From a virus (taxonomy: Duplodnaviria > Heunggongvirae > Uroviricota > Caudoviricetes): a stretch of DNA of 64,000 nt. Made by a program: the position numbers and the translations under genes. The first letter of the stretch is position 1; every line of letters begins with the position of its first letter. The stretch lies in the IMG/VR virus record IMGVR_UViG_3300036769_000253; one strand, 5' to 3'. This document shows positions 9,825 through 18,571 of the stretch, piece by piece. The notes under the pieces are model-generated. The model saw only the letters and a list, made by a program, of their open reading frames with translations. It was not told the DNA's origin and did no database searches.

Positions 9825-11196
9825 TGAAATCAGAAAAAAATTTGATCGTGTAATTCAGTATTCTCAGGGTGTGCAGGACATAAATACAGAAGAACTTTTT
9901 AGTCAATGGATGGAAGCAAAAAGAGATTTTATCGAAGCCTTTGGCGGACAGCTTATTTATGAGTATCCAGACAAAGTTTCTTTTGAGTTAGATGAAAAAG
10001 AAAAGAAAGCTAGGATTGATCTTTTTGTAGATGAATTGTATAATAAATGGGGTAATGATGGATTGGCTGAGTTTGTAGAGGATCATAGGACTGGTTTTTA
10101 TTCTAATCAGCTTGATGAAAATGTAACATTAGATGATGGTACTGAATTACTGAAAGGCAGAAAATTACTAAAATGTTTTAAATATTTTGTCAATAATGAT
10201 CAGGTTTTGAATGATATTCAATCTGAAGCAAGTAGGATTATCCAGGAGAATAAGATTGAAGGGCATCTTTGTGTTTCTGTACATCCGCTTGATTTTATTT
10301 CTTCTAGCGAAAATACTCATAAATGGAGATCCTGCCATGCACTGGATGGGGAATATCGAGCTGGAAACTTGTCATATATGGTTGACAAAAGTACATTTAT
10401 GTGTTATTTACGGTCAGACAGAGAAGAAGTTCTGCCCAATTTTCCAGAAGATGTAAAATGGAACTCAAAAAAATGGAGAGTTCTTATGTTTATGTCTGAT
10501 GATTGGGAGATGCTTTTTGCGGGACGCCAATATCCTTTCAGCACACCTACTGGATTAGACTTTTTAAGAGAAAAAGTTTTTCCATTACTTCATATGGGCG
10601 AATGGACAAAATGGACTGATAAAAAAATTAGAGATTTTAAGACTGACGAATATTATACTTCTTTAAGTGATAGTTATATTGCTGTTGGAAGAGAGCTTTA
10701 TAAGAAGCGAGATTTAATTATTAATCAGCCTGGTTCTTTAATGTTTAATGATTTATTATCTTCAAGTTGCTATGATCCGGTTTATTGTTTTAAAAAGACT
10801 AAGCTTGATCTTTGGTTTGATGATATTTCAGCAGTTTATACCTATAAAGCAGATCGCAGGACCAAAATTCATGTTGGTGGAACTGTAAAATGTTTACATT
10901 GTGGCAAGCATCCTATTGAGTTAACTGAACGAATGTTTTGCAATGAATGTGAAATTGAGTTTGATGATACAGATATAGATGTGTTTGGAACATGCGATTG
11001 TTGTGGAAGGCGTTTTGTCTATGATGATGGATATGGAGTTGGCGATGAAATAATTTGTCCAGACTGTGAAGCTACAGAAACTTTTATATGTCCTATCTGT
11101 GGAGAAAGACATTATAACTCTGATAAAGTTTATGATGAAGTCTCTGAGGAATATATTTGTAAAAATTGTTATGAAGAAAGAAAAGGAGAATTTTAA
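9814..11196 (+). CDS. large hypothetical protein, paralog family A (second copy)
   Basis: Shares VSVHPLDF...WRSC, NSKKWRVL and C-terminal CxxC clusters with 5514..7148. Confidence 0.6.
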   Translation: MQYDEIRKKFDRVIQYSQGVQDINTEELFSQWMEAKRDFIEAFGGQLIYEYPDKVSFELDEKEKKARIDLFVDELYNKWGNDGLAEFVEDHRTGFYSNQLDENVTLDDGTELLKGRKLLKCFKYFVNNDQVLNDIQSEASRIIQENKIEGHLCVSVHPLDFISSSENTHKWRSCHALDGEYRAGNLSYMVDKSTFMCYLRSDREEVLPNFPEDVKWNSKKWRVLMFMSDDWEMLFAGRQYPFSTPTGLDFLREKVFPLLHMGEWTKWTDKKIRDFKTDEYYTSLSDSYIAVGRELYKKRDLIINQPGSLMFNDLLSSSCYDPVYCFKKTKLDLWFDDISAVYTYKADRRTKIHVGGTVKCLHCGKHPIELTERMFCNECEIEFDDTDIDVFGTCDCCGRRFVYDDGYGVGDEIICPDCEATETFICPICGERHYNSDKVYDEVSEEYICKNCYEERKGEF

Positions 11197-11510
11197 TGGC
11201 TAAGGGAGCAAATGCAAAAGTACAGGTAATTAATAAGATTGCGCAGGCTTTTGGAAGTGATTATATCGGTGAATGTGATAAAAAAGTATATGTGTGGGCA
11301 GATGATGGCGGTGAGCGTGTGCAGATCGCTATTACCTTAACATGTCCTAAAAATCAGATTAATGCGGAAGATGCAACAGGGGCAAGTGCGCCAGTAGGTG
11401 GGGCATTAAATTTTGAGGATATGCCAGTTGCGCGGCCTGTAAGTAAAACTGAAATTACTCAGGAAGAAATGGACCGAGTAGATGAGCTTATGAAAAAATT
11501 AGGACTTTAA
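11196..11510 (+). CDS. hypothetical protein
   Basis: ORF track. Start overlaps the upstream stop (TAATG). Confidence 0.45.
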   Translation: MAKGANAKVQVINKIAQAFGSDYIGECDKKVYVWADDGGERVQIAITLTCPKNQINAEDATGASAPVGGALNFEDMPVARPVSKTEITQEEMDRVDELMKKLGL

Positions 11511-11645
11511 TGGACAGAAGAGATTAAAGGTTCTTTTTAATTTTATAAAATTAGTACCAAAAGAAAAAATTTGATTTTTTTAAAATTTTTTGATATAATA
11601 TATATACAAAATGAATAAAGGCTTTATTTTAAATAAAGTCTTTAT

Positions 11646-11726
11646 ACCCCGTCAGCTTTAAACCGGTTGGGATTCTGGGTTGGCCTCCAAAACCAATAGC
11701 AATGCGTTCGATACGTAGGCGGGGTG
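11646..11726 (+). ncRNA. tRNA-like element with 9-nt anticodon-type loop (degenerate or unusual tRNA)
   Basis: Acceptor ACCCCGT/GCGGGGT. T loop GTTCGATAC. Irregular D region. Confidence 0.35.
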
Positions 11727-11738
11727 TTAAAATCTTAA

Positions 11739-11767
11739 TTGATTTTTTTATAAAAAAATGTTATAAT
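11739..11767 (+). promoter_or_regulatory. consensus phage promoter upstream of the sigma factor gene
   Basis: TTGATT, 17 bp, TATAAT. Confidence 0.55.
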
Positions 11768-11811
11768 TATTAAGTAAATAAGAAAAGAATAGTTTTTGGA
11801 GGTCGGTATTT

Positions 11812-12708
11812 ATGGCAAAAGATCTTGTATTCGATTTTGAGAATGAAGAAGAGGAAACTGTAGTTGAAACTCCAGATGTAATGTGCGAAAATTCTTTAAA
11901 GATGTATTTGCGCGAAATGGGATCTTTTAGTCTGTTGAGTGCAGAAGAAGAATATAAGCTTGCAGTTCGTGCGGCAGAGGGAGATTTAGAAGCAAAGAAA
12001 CGACTTGTAGAAGCTAATCTTAGATTGGTAATTTCGGTTGCCAAAAGATACAATGGATGCGGTATGACAATGTTAGATTTAATCCAGGAGGGAAACATTG
12101 GATTAATGAAAGCCGCAGATAAATTCGATTATGAAAAAGGATTCCGTTTTTCTACTTATGCGACATGGTGGATTAAACAGTCTATTTCTCGTGCGGTTGC
12201 AGACCAGTCAAGAACAATTCGTGTTCCAGTCCATATCGCAGAAATGATTAATCGAATTAGAAAAACTGAGAGAGAATTAACTTCTCAGCTTGGGCATGAA
12301 CCAACAGTCGAAGACCTCGCAAAAGCATTAAATTTAAAAGAGGAAGAAGTTAAAGAAATGCAGTCTTATATGACTGATACTTCTAGTCTTGATGTGCAAG
12401 TTGGAGATGAAGAAGATACTACTGTTGGATCCTTGATTGCAGATAACCATGCCATGAATCCAGAAGATTCTTATATCAACAATTCTTTACATGATATGAT
12501 TATTGAAATTGTTGATACTTTATCTGAAAGAGAAGCTGAGATTATTAAGTTGCGCTTTGGGCTTAATAATGGTAAGCCAATGACTCTTGAAGAAGTTGGT
12601 CAGACTTATGGCTTAACTAGAGAAAGAATTCGTCAGATTGAAGCTAAAGCACTCAGAAAACTGCGTCATCCGGCGCGCTCAAATATGTTGAAAGAGTGTA
12701 TGGCATAA
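11812..12708 (+). CDS. RNA polymerase sigma-70 family factor (regions 2, 3 and 4 recognisable)
   Basis: YATWWIKQSISRA (region 2) and TLEEVGQTYGLTRERIRQIEAKALRKLR (region 4). RBS GGAGG. Consensus promoter upstream. Confidence 0.85.
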   Translation: MAKDLVFDFENEEEETVVETPDVMCENSLKMYLREMGSFSLLSAEEEYKLAVRAAEGDLEAKKRLVEANLRLVISVAKRYNGCGMTMLDLIQEGNIGLMKAADKFDYEKGFRFSTYATWWIKQSISRAVADQSRTIRVPVHIAEMINRIRKTERELTSQLGHEPTVEDLAKALNLKEEEVKEMQSYMTDTSSLDVQVGDEEDTTVGSLIADNHAMNPEDSYINNSLHDMIIEIVDTLSEREAEIIKLRFGLNNGKPMTLEEVGQTYGLTRERIRQIEAKALRKLRHPARSNMLKECMA

Positions 12709-12826
12709 ATTTCTTGTGGTGGGCTGAGCTATTGCGCCGGCCTGCTAGGAGAAAAAGACCTTAATTGATTTTTTATAAAAATTTTGGTATAATATTTATA
12801 GAAAGTTAAGAAAGGAAAAAATAAAA

Positions 12827-13039
12827 ATGGCAAAAGATGAAGAAATGATTGAATTAAGCGAACTTCTTTATTCTGCTTTGAAAATTGCAGGTAAATACGC
12901 GAGAGAATATCTTCCTGCTGAAATGCCAAATGATGTAGAATATATAAGAGCTATGATTGATGGCTCTAAAGATCCAGAAGGAGATAATTTTGTATCAGTT
13001 TGGATTATGAAAGCTATGAGAGAAAAAGAAAAATCTTAA
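12827..13039 (+). CDS. hypothetical protein
   Basis: ORF track. Consensus promoter-leader upstream. Confidence 0.45.
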   Translation: MAKDEEMIELSELLYSALKIAGKYAREYLPAEMPNDVEYIRAMIDGSKDPEGDNFVSVWIMKAMREKEKS

Positions 13040-13360
13040 TTGATTTTAAATAAAAAATATGATATAATATTTATATAAGATAAAGAAAGAAAAAAGAAAG
13101 ACGCTGTCCAGCAAATATACAATTATAATGGATGAAAAATTTTAGTGGAAAATTTTCAGAATGGTAGATTTGATTGAGGCAGATTTGGTATCCATCTTCG
13201 TCACCAAAAGCGTCTTGAAAAAGGTTATTGCTTCAAGCTGTGATTTCAACGGTGTCCTTAACAACGTAGAATATATAGTATAATGAGAAGTCTTTGTTAG
13301 TATGGTAACTCTTTAAAACACCAACTAAACCTATGAATGAGTAATCATCATGGGTATTAA

Positions 13361-13433
13361 CTGCCTGTAGCTTAGATGGAAAAGCATTTGACTTTTAATC
13401 AAAGGAGCATGGGTTCAAGTCCCATCAGGCAGA
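13361..13433 (+). tRNA. tRNA-Lys(TTT)
   Basis: Cloverleaf folded by hand: acceptor CTGCCTG/CAGGCAG, anticodon loop CTTTTAA, T-loop TTCAAGT. Confidence 0.8.
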
Positions 13434-13517
13434 TTTGAGCATTAAATCTTAATGGCTCAAGATTGAATTACAAATTATTGTTATTTTTTCTTCATTGGTT
13501 TAAAATGCTCATATTTT

Positions 13518-13601
13518 GGGAGGGCGGCGAAGTTGGAGAGTCGCGGTAGACTGTAAATCTATTCCCATTTGGGTGAGTGGGTTCGAATCCCACCCCTCCC
13601 A
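13518..13601 (+). tRNA. tRNA-Tyr(GTA), type II
   Basis: Acceptor GGGAGGG/CCCTCCC, anticodon loop CTGTAAA, long variable arm, T-loop TTCGAAT. Confidence 0.8.
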
Positions 13602-13954
13602 CGCCGTGGCGAAGGAAGCACACGTAAAACTCCTTATCTGTGAGACCTAGATAAAAGCTATTGGCAACTCTATGGTGGAGCATTCCCACCCCTTGCCGCA
13701 TTGGTGAGGCGTAAGAGAACGTAAAGAGTCCAATAGAACAAAGGGAAGAGTCGTACCTAGTGTTTGCCCGCTAGAGTGAATACGAAGGATGATTGAAATT
13801 TGGGCAAAAAGAGTAGATCATTCAAACCGACTTGTGACTGGAAGCCGGATATACCGATTTGGTGGAATGGCAGACACGCTTAAAAATTTTTGGACAGCGT
13901 ATAATAATTAATCTGTTTTAATTTTCAATGAATAATGAAAGGAAGGTCTTTATT

Positions 13955-14467
13955 ATGGCAATTAGAACAGATATACTAGAAAGAAAAGAAGAAATTTTAC
14001 ATTGGATTGAGGAAAAACAATCTAAAGCTTTTATTTGTAGACAGTTAAAATGTAAACCAGAAACTTTAAATTCATATCTTAAAAAAATGGGTATTGAATA
14101 TGCTGGTAATCAGGGTTTACAAGGAAAAACCTCGATTGAAAAAGGACAAAATTGTTATAAACCCGCTCTTGAATATATTAAAGAAAAATATGTTAGTTCG
14201 CATAAATTAAAAATTAAATTAATTCGTGATGGATTAAAAGAAAATAAATGTGAATTATGTGGAGTATCTATTTGGAGAGGAGTTCAATTACCATTAGAAT
14301 TGCACCATAAAGATGGAAATCATTATAACAATAATTTAGATAATTTACAAATTTTATGTCCAAATTGTCACTCTATTCAAGAAGGTAATGCAGGAGCAAA
14401 CATAGGAAAGTATGCGGCAGTATCCGAGTTGGCACAGGAGATAGACTTAGAATCTATTGGCGAGTAG
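13955..14467 (+). CDS. HNH homing endonuclease
   Basis: CELCG...HHKDGNHYNN...CPNCH motif. RBS AAAGGAAGG. 3-prime end overlaps tRNA-Leu(TAG). Confidence 0.7.
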   Translation: MAIRTDILERKEEILHWIEEKQSKAFICRQLKCKPETLNSYLKKMGIEYAGNQGLQGKTSIEKGQNCYKPALEYIKEKYVSSHKLKIKLIRDGLKENKCELCGVSIWRGVQLPLELHHKDGNHYNNNLDNLQILCPNCHSIQEGNAGANIGKYAAVSELAQEIDLESIGE

Positions 14468-14495
14468 CTTGCGGGTTCGAATCCCGCTTGCCGCA
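14414..14495 (+). tRNA. tRNA-Leu(TAG), type II
   Basis: Acceptor GCGGCAG/TTGCCGC, anticodon loop CTTAGAA, 13-nt variable arm. Overlaps the 3-prime end of the HNH ORF. Confidence 0.75.
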
Positions 14496-14634
14496 TTATG
14501 CTTCCAAAAAATTTTTAAGTTATGTGGGTTCGAGTCCCACAATCGGTATTCTCGATTAAGAGAAGTGGTTATGGCATCACTTAAAATAATGAGTCGCTCT
14601 GATATACGGCAAGTTCGCAATAGTATATTAATAT

Positions 14635-14707
14635 GGGGCTATAACTCAGTTGGGAGAGTGCTTGTCTTGCACACAAGATGTCGAGGGTTCAAATCCCTCT
14701 AGTTCCA
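14635..14707 (+). tRNA. tRNA-Ala(TGC)
   Basis: G3:U70 pair present. Anticodon loop CTTGCAC. T-loop TTCAAAT. Confidence 0.8.
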
Positions 14708-14961
14708 TTAGGGTTTTGTAGTTTTTAATTAAAATACGAGTATATTCCCAGTGATAAAAAACTACTTTTTGGTTTGCCTTTACCAATAAAAATTAATATA
14801 GAAAGAAAGGCTTGGTTTGTAACTTACCCGAAAGTAAGTATGACTAGGACAAGTTTTTATTTTTAAAATGTCCGAATATAAATAGAAAAAATAAGGTTAG
14901 TGACGCCGCTATACCTGAATGACTTCGCTAATAAATTATAATAAGGAGTAAGTGCGCTTAG

Positions 14962-15047
14962 GCCCGAATGGCGGAATTGGAAGACGCGGTAGATTCAAAA
15001 TCTACTTGAGAGTATACAGGTTGTGGGTTCGACTCCCACTTTGGGCA
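14962..15047 (+). tRNA. tRNA-Leu(CAA), type II
   Basis: Acceptor GCCCGAA/TTTGGGC, anticodon loop TTCAAAA, long variable arm. Confidence 0.75.
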
Positions 15048-15552
15048 CTTTAAGACTGGATTTCTAGAGTCTGATGTGAAACAGCTAGTCTTATACTTTC
15101 TCACGCTGTGGATTAGGGTTTGGTGATTTATTATAGGAATATTATAAATCACTAGACTTTGATTAATCATATGGGAGGGAAAAACGGATGGTCTATCCAA
15201 ATGGTGCGAAAGCTTATCCAGAGTGATGGAACTTGCCCTCAACATCCATGGAATGGAAACTCTGGTATTTTGAAATTCGTTTAACCAGAAATGATTAATC
15301 TTTATTGATTTTTTTAAAATAAAATGTTATAATATATTTATAAGATAAAGAAAGAGATTAAGAAAGACGAATACAGCAATTTTTTATGCTTGGGGAGCCG
15401 TAGATTATAGGTTCGAGTCCTGTTCTTCTTTTCAAAAAGAAGATAGCTTAATTTGGTAAAGCGACGTAAAAATCGTCTTGAAGATCTTAATTGATTTTTA
15501 TTAAAAAATATAGTATAATATTTATATAAGATAAAGAAAGGAATTGATAGAT

Positions 15553-15702
15553 ATGTTTGATGATTTTGATTTAGGTCCTCAGTGTGAAGAATTTTATAGT
15601 GAGGAAGATATTGATTGGGAAGATGCTGATGTTGAAGATGTTTGGGTTGATGGTATCCCCCTTGATGGTAATTATCTCAATCATATAATTGATTCTTTGT
15701 AA
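15553..15702 (+). CDS. small acidic protein (49 aa)
   Basis: ATG 13 nt after the consensus leader AAAGGAATTGATAG. Below the ORF-track cutoff. Confidence 0.35.
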   Translation: MFDDFDLGPQCEEFYSEEDIDWEDADVEDVWVDGIPLDGNYLNHIIDSL

Positions 15703-15709
15703 TTAAAAA

Positions 15710-15781
15710 GGCTCCTTAGTCAAGCGGCAAAGACGTTAGCCTCTCAAGCTAAAGGCAGTGGTTCGATTCCACTAGGAGTCA
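15710..15781 (+). tRNA. tRNA-Glu(CTC)
   Basis: Acceptor GGCTCCT/AGGAGTC, anticodon loop CTCTCAA, T-loop TTCGATT. Confidence 0.7.
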
Positions 15782-16126
15782 TTTACGGGTGTCATAGGCA
15801 GTATGGAAACATGCACCCGATTATATGGACAGCTCAACAAAAGTCCTTATAATGATAGCTGCTTAGATGAATTAAAGTCATTTCATAGTTGGGATGAGTG
15901 GCTTAACTGTTCCGCCTTACGAACAAGGCTTCTCGCAAGAGAAATACAACACTACCAGGGTGCACGAAATTCGGATATAATAGGGCTTATGCCGCCGGGG
16001 ATCCGCAGAAGAGGATGGTGTTCATCGAAAAAACAACACTTCAAGCATGCAAATGAGATTAAGTCCTTTTTGCTTGATAATAGGTAGCGGCCAGCCTTAG
16101 AGTGAGAATTACTTAATCTTTTATAC

Positions 16127-16199
16127 GGCCCTGTAGTCAAGTGGTTAAGACGCCGGCCTTTCACGCCAGAGTCGGTGGGTTCAATTCCCCCCAGGGTCA
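16127..16199 (+). tRNA. tRNA-Glu(TTC), imperfect stems
   Basis: Acceptor GGCCCTG/CAGGGTC. Anticodon loop CTTTCAC. One mismatch each in the anticodon and T stems. Confidence 0.55.
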
Positions 16200-16310
16200 T
16201 TAAAAGACAGTTTCTGCAATCTATGTTTTAATATTATATTTTAAAGATTAAAGAAGAGGCGATGTATGCGAATACATTTTTTAAGAAAAACGCTGTCTTG
16301 TAAAAAATAT

Positions 16311-16383
16311 CGCGGGATAGAGCAGTTGGAAGCTCGCTTGCCTCATAAGCAAGAGGTTGTAGGTTCGAGTCCTACTCCCGCAA
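16311..16383 (+). tRNA. tRNA-Met(CAT), initiator-like (C1 x A72 mismatch)
   Basis: Acceptor CGCGGGA/TCCCGCA with an unpaired 1:72. Anticodon loop CTCATAA. Confidence 0.7.
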
Positions 16384-16470
16384 TTTAGGTTCTTTTATAA
16401 CCTATATGTTTCATTTCATTTCCTTTCTGGTGTTGAAGTCCTAGGCATGACTTAAAACCGCCTTTAATAA

Positions 16471-16542
16471 TGCAGGGTGGAGGAGTGGTTTCCTTGCGTG
16501 GCTCATACCCACGAGACACCGGTTCAAATCCGGTTCCTGCAA
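16471..16542 (+). tRNA. tRNA-Met or tRNA-Ile2(CAT)
   Basis: Acceptor TGCAGGG/TCCTGCA. Anticodon loop CTCATAC. Confidence 0.7.
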
Positions 16543-16769
16543 TTTTGAAGAGTCATCAACTTCAAAGTGGGTTCTACTTAACGACCGGACATCTTATTAT
16601 TTGACGAAAGCGTGGAAATAACGAGGCTGAAGCGAGAGTAGGTGACTTTGGAGGTGCAAAGAGCGAACTTCCCGGTATTTTGAAAAGCAGACTACGAAAA
16701 AGGAAACTTTTTAGGATAGTAACCTGATGATGACAAATAACTATTTTTTCATTTAAAGGAGAGTTGCAT

Positions 16770-16892
16770 ATGACTCGTCAAGAATTTGATGAATATAAAG
16801 ATGCAATTCCTTATGATGCAATGGGTGATTTTTCAGTTTTGCTTGACGAAGATAAAATTGAAAAAGAAGAAGTACAAAAAGAATCTGAATAA
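16770..16892 (+). CDS. small protein (40 aa)
   Basis: Strong RBS AAAGGAGAG 8 nt upstream. Below the ORF-track cutoff. Confidence 0.35.
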   Translation: MTRQEFDEYKDAIPYDAMGDFSVLLDEDKIEKEEVQKESE

Positions 16893-16971
16893 AATAAGAC
16901 ACAATCAGCAATTTTTTTAGCGTAAATAACGTAATAGACTTAAAATCTATCTTTTATTAGTGTCTTGAAAT

Positions 16972-17044
16972 GGGATGGAAGCTAACTCGGTAGAAGCGCC
17001 TGCCTGAAGAGCAGGAGGACATGGTTCGACACCATGCTATCCCA
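16972..17044 (+). tRNA. tRNA-Phe(GAA)
   Basis: Acceptor GGGATGG/CTATCCC. Anticodon loop CTGAAGA. T-loop TTCGACA. Confidence 0.75.
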
Positions 17045-17298
17045 CTGATAATAGTAAAAGATCCCATATAAGGATCTTTATTACTGTCAAAAACTAATAA
17101 GAACTCTAATAGGAGATCCGCAGATGTATTCTCATTTATTTGATTGACTGGTGGTGCTGCGGCTGGAGGGAACTATCCTTTTTCTATATATGCTGAGTAT
17201 ATAGAAACAAAAGACATTACTAATTGGAGTCTTTTACATCTAGGCTAATAAAATCTTTGGGTATTAGCTTGTTTTTCTTTCCATTAGTTTTTTTAATT

Positions 17299-17336
17299 GG
17301 GGAGATGGCAGAGTAGGTTTAATGCGGCTCCCTGCT
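17299..17336 (+). tRNA. split type II tRNA (Ser-like, probable anticodon GCT), 5-prime half
   Basis: Acceptor GGGGAGA plus D arm plus anticodon stem GCTCC and loop start CTGCT. Matches the E. coli tRNA-Ser(GCU) layout. The boundary inside the anticodon loop is approximate. Confidence 0.6.
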
Positions 17337-17804
17337 TTGGATAACTAAGTAGATTTTACCATTTATGATATGGATACTAATACAATAGGTAAAATAACAG
17401 AATTAAAAGTTTTATCTTATGTAATAGAACAGGGTTATTCAGTATCAATCCCATTTGGTGACAAAGATAGATATGATCAAATATGGGATATAAATGGAAA
17501 GCTGATTAGAGTACAAGTTAAAACTTCAAGATGGAAAAATGAACAGCAAAAAGCAATTATTTTTAGTTGTAAATCTTCCTATGTAAGAAGCACTGGCGTA
17601 AAAGCGCATACTTATTCTAAAAATGAAATTGATTTTTTTGCGACTTACTGGAATGGAAAAGTTTATCTAATTCCAGTAGAAGAATGTTCAACTGAAAAGA
17701 CATTATGGTTTGAAAAACCTTCGAACGGTTGTTTAAAATGTTCTTTTGCAGCAGATTATGAAATGGAGGTGACACTTGGTAAAATCTAATAGCATATCTG
17801 AAGC
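17337..17804 (+). other. intervening sequence in anticodon loop of split tRNA (group I-type tRNA intron candidate with nested endonuclease ORF)
   Basis: Flanked by complementary tRNA halves. Boundaries are approximate. Confidence 0.5.
17370..17789 (+). CDS. endonuclease encoded inside a split tRNA gene (PD-(D/E)XK-like motif IWD...VQVK)
   Basis: Lies entirely within the 0.47-kb insertion between the tRNA halves. Analogous to intron-encoded homing nucleases of tRNA introns. Confidence 0.5.
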   Translation: MDTNTIGKITELKVLSYVIEQGYSVSIPFGDKDRYDQIWDINGKLIRVQVKTSRWKNEQQKAIIFSCKSSYVRSTGVKAHTYSKNEIDFFATYWNGKVYLIPVEECSTEKTLWFEKPSNGCLKCSFAADYEMEVTLGKI

Positions 17805-17856
17805 AAGGAGTTGATCCTCGTAAGAGGGTCCGGGGGTTCGAATCCCCCTCTCCCCG
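17805..17856 (+). tRNA. split type II tRNA, 3-prime half
   Basis: Anticodon stem GGAGT, 19-nt variable arm hairpin, T arm GGGGGTTCGAATCCCCC, and acceptor TCTCCCC that is perfectly complementary to the 5-prime half. Confidence 0.6.
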
Positions 17857-17991
17857 TGAAGCGGATAAGATTGCGGCTTGCCAAGCGCTTATCAAAAATC
17901 CTTCTAAGGTTTATTCCTAAAGGCAAGAGGAATAAAATAGTAAGGGGTAAAACGTCGGATGCGATTTCGCTTAATGTCACCCTTACAATTT

Positions 17992-18065
17992 GGTGGAGTT
18001 AGTTCAGTAGGTAGAACAGTAGATTGTGGCTCTAAAGGTCGCGGGTTCGATTCCCGCACTTCACC
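17992..18065 (+). tRNA. tRNA-His(GTG) with genomically encoded G-1 and C73 discriminator
   Basis: Eight-bp acceptor including G-1:C73. Anticodon loop TTGTGGC. Confidence 0.75.
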
Positions 18066-18112
18066 CTTAGTTTCTAACTGAAACTAAAATAACAAAAAGG
18101 AGATTCGATAAC

Positions 18113-18241
18113 ATGAAAAATTTATTTAGTTCAATAAAGAAATTTTTTAATGAACATCAGACAGACATGGCAATTAATTGGATGTATTCCGCAGGAGACA
18201 TTAAAGGTGCATATGAAATGTACACTTCTTTTTACAGATAA
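18113..18241 (+). CDS. small protein (42 aa)
   Basis: RBS AAAAAGGAG upstream. Below the ORF-track cutoff. Confidence 0.35.
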   Translation: MKNLFSSIKKFFNEHQTDMAINWMYSAGDIKGAYEMYTSFYR

Positions 18242-18252
18242 TTAGGTAGGAT

Positions 18253-18325
18253 GCTCCTCTAGCTCAAATGGTAGAGCAATTGACCTGTAATCAATAGGTT
18301 AAGGGTTCGAGTCCCTTGGGGAGCT
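18253..18325 (+). tRNA. tRNA-Thr(TGT)
   Basis: Acceptor GCTCCTC/GGGGAGC. Anticodon loop CCTGTAA. Confidence 0.75.
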
Positions 18326-18571
18326 TTTGGTGATTGTTAATGCCCAATCTTAAAGTAATGTCAGAACGAGGGACATATTACGCCAACATTTGACCGACGA
18401 GGTCACAAACAAATCTTTTATTAAATGCGTAAGAACGATTGTTCTCTTCGGAGTTCGGATCAGCAGACTTGGCGCTTGCGCCAAGTCTGTCGGGTTAAAA
18501 GTCATAAACACGTGTATGTGCGCAGCCCCACTTTTACTAAAAACACTCAAATTTACAGGAGGAGAAACATA

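Noticed and set aside
10211-10456. Other in-gene alternative-frame + ORFs (10211..10456, 1298..1504, 3166..3399, 6631..6825, 36636..36824, 38571..38885, 39665..39856, 41416..41625, 50119..50358, 51692..51913, 55952..56140, 56378..56635)
   Set aside because: They are nested within longer ORFs that have domain support. No independent RBS.
11620-11650. Terminator-like AAATAAAGGCTTTATTTTAAATAAAGTCTTTAT
   Set aside because: Imperfect 8-bp stem with mismatches and no clear U-tract. Too weak to call.
14457-14702. ORFs overlapping tRNA genes (14457..14702 +, 17811..18002 +, 13492..13701 -, 14958..15245 -, 15952..16200 -, 17617..17980 -, 28392..28577 -)
   Set aside because: The sequence is explained by tRNA genes, and GC-rich tRNA stems create spurious open frames.
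15361-15480. Apparent permuted or split tRNA (T-arm fragment ATAGGTTCGAGTCCTGT followed by a 5-prime-half-like AGATAGCTTAATTTGGTAAAGCG)
   Set aside because: The acceptor complementarity (TCTTCTT/AAGAAGA) is better explained as a simple local hairpin with a 4-nt loop. The D stem and T stem are incomplete. Probably tRNA gene debris, not a functional permuted tRNA.
15803-16087. ORF 15803..16087 (+) between the two tRNA-Glu genes
   Set aside because: No RBS, and a GC-rich hairpin-laden spacer (GGGTGTCAT...ATGCACCC). More likely part of a polycistronic tRNA precursor or an ncRNA than a protein.
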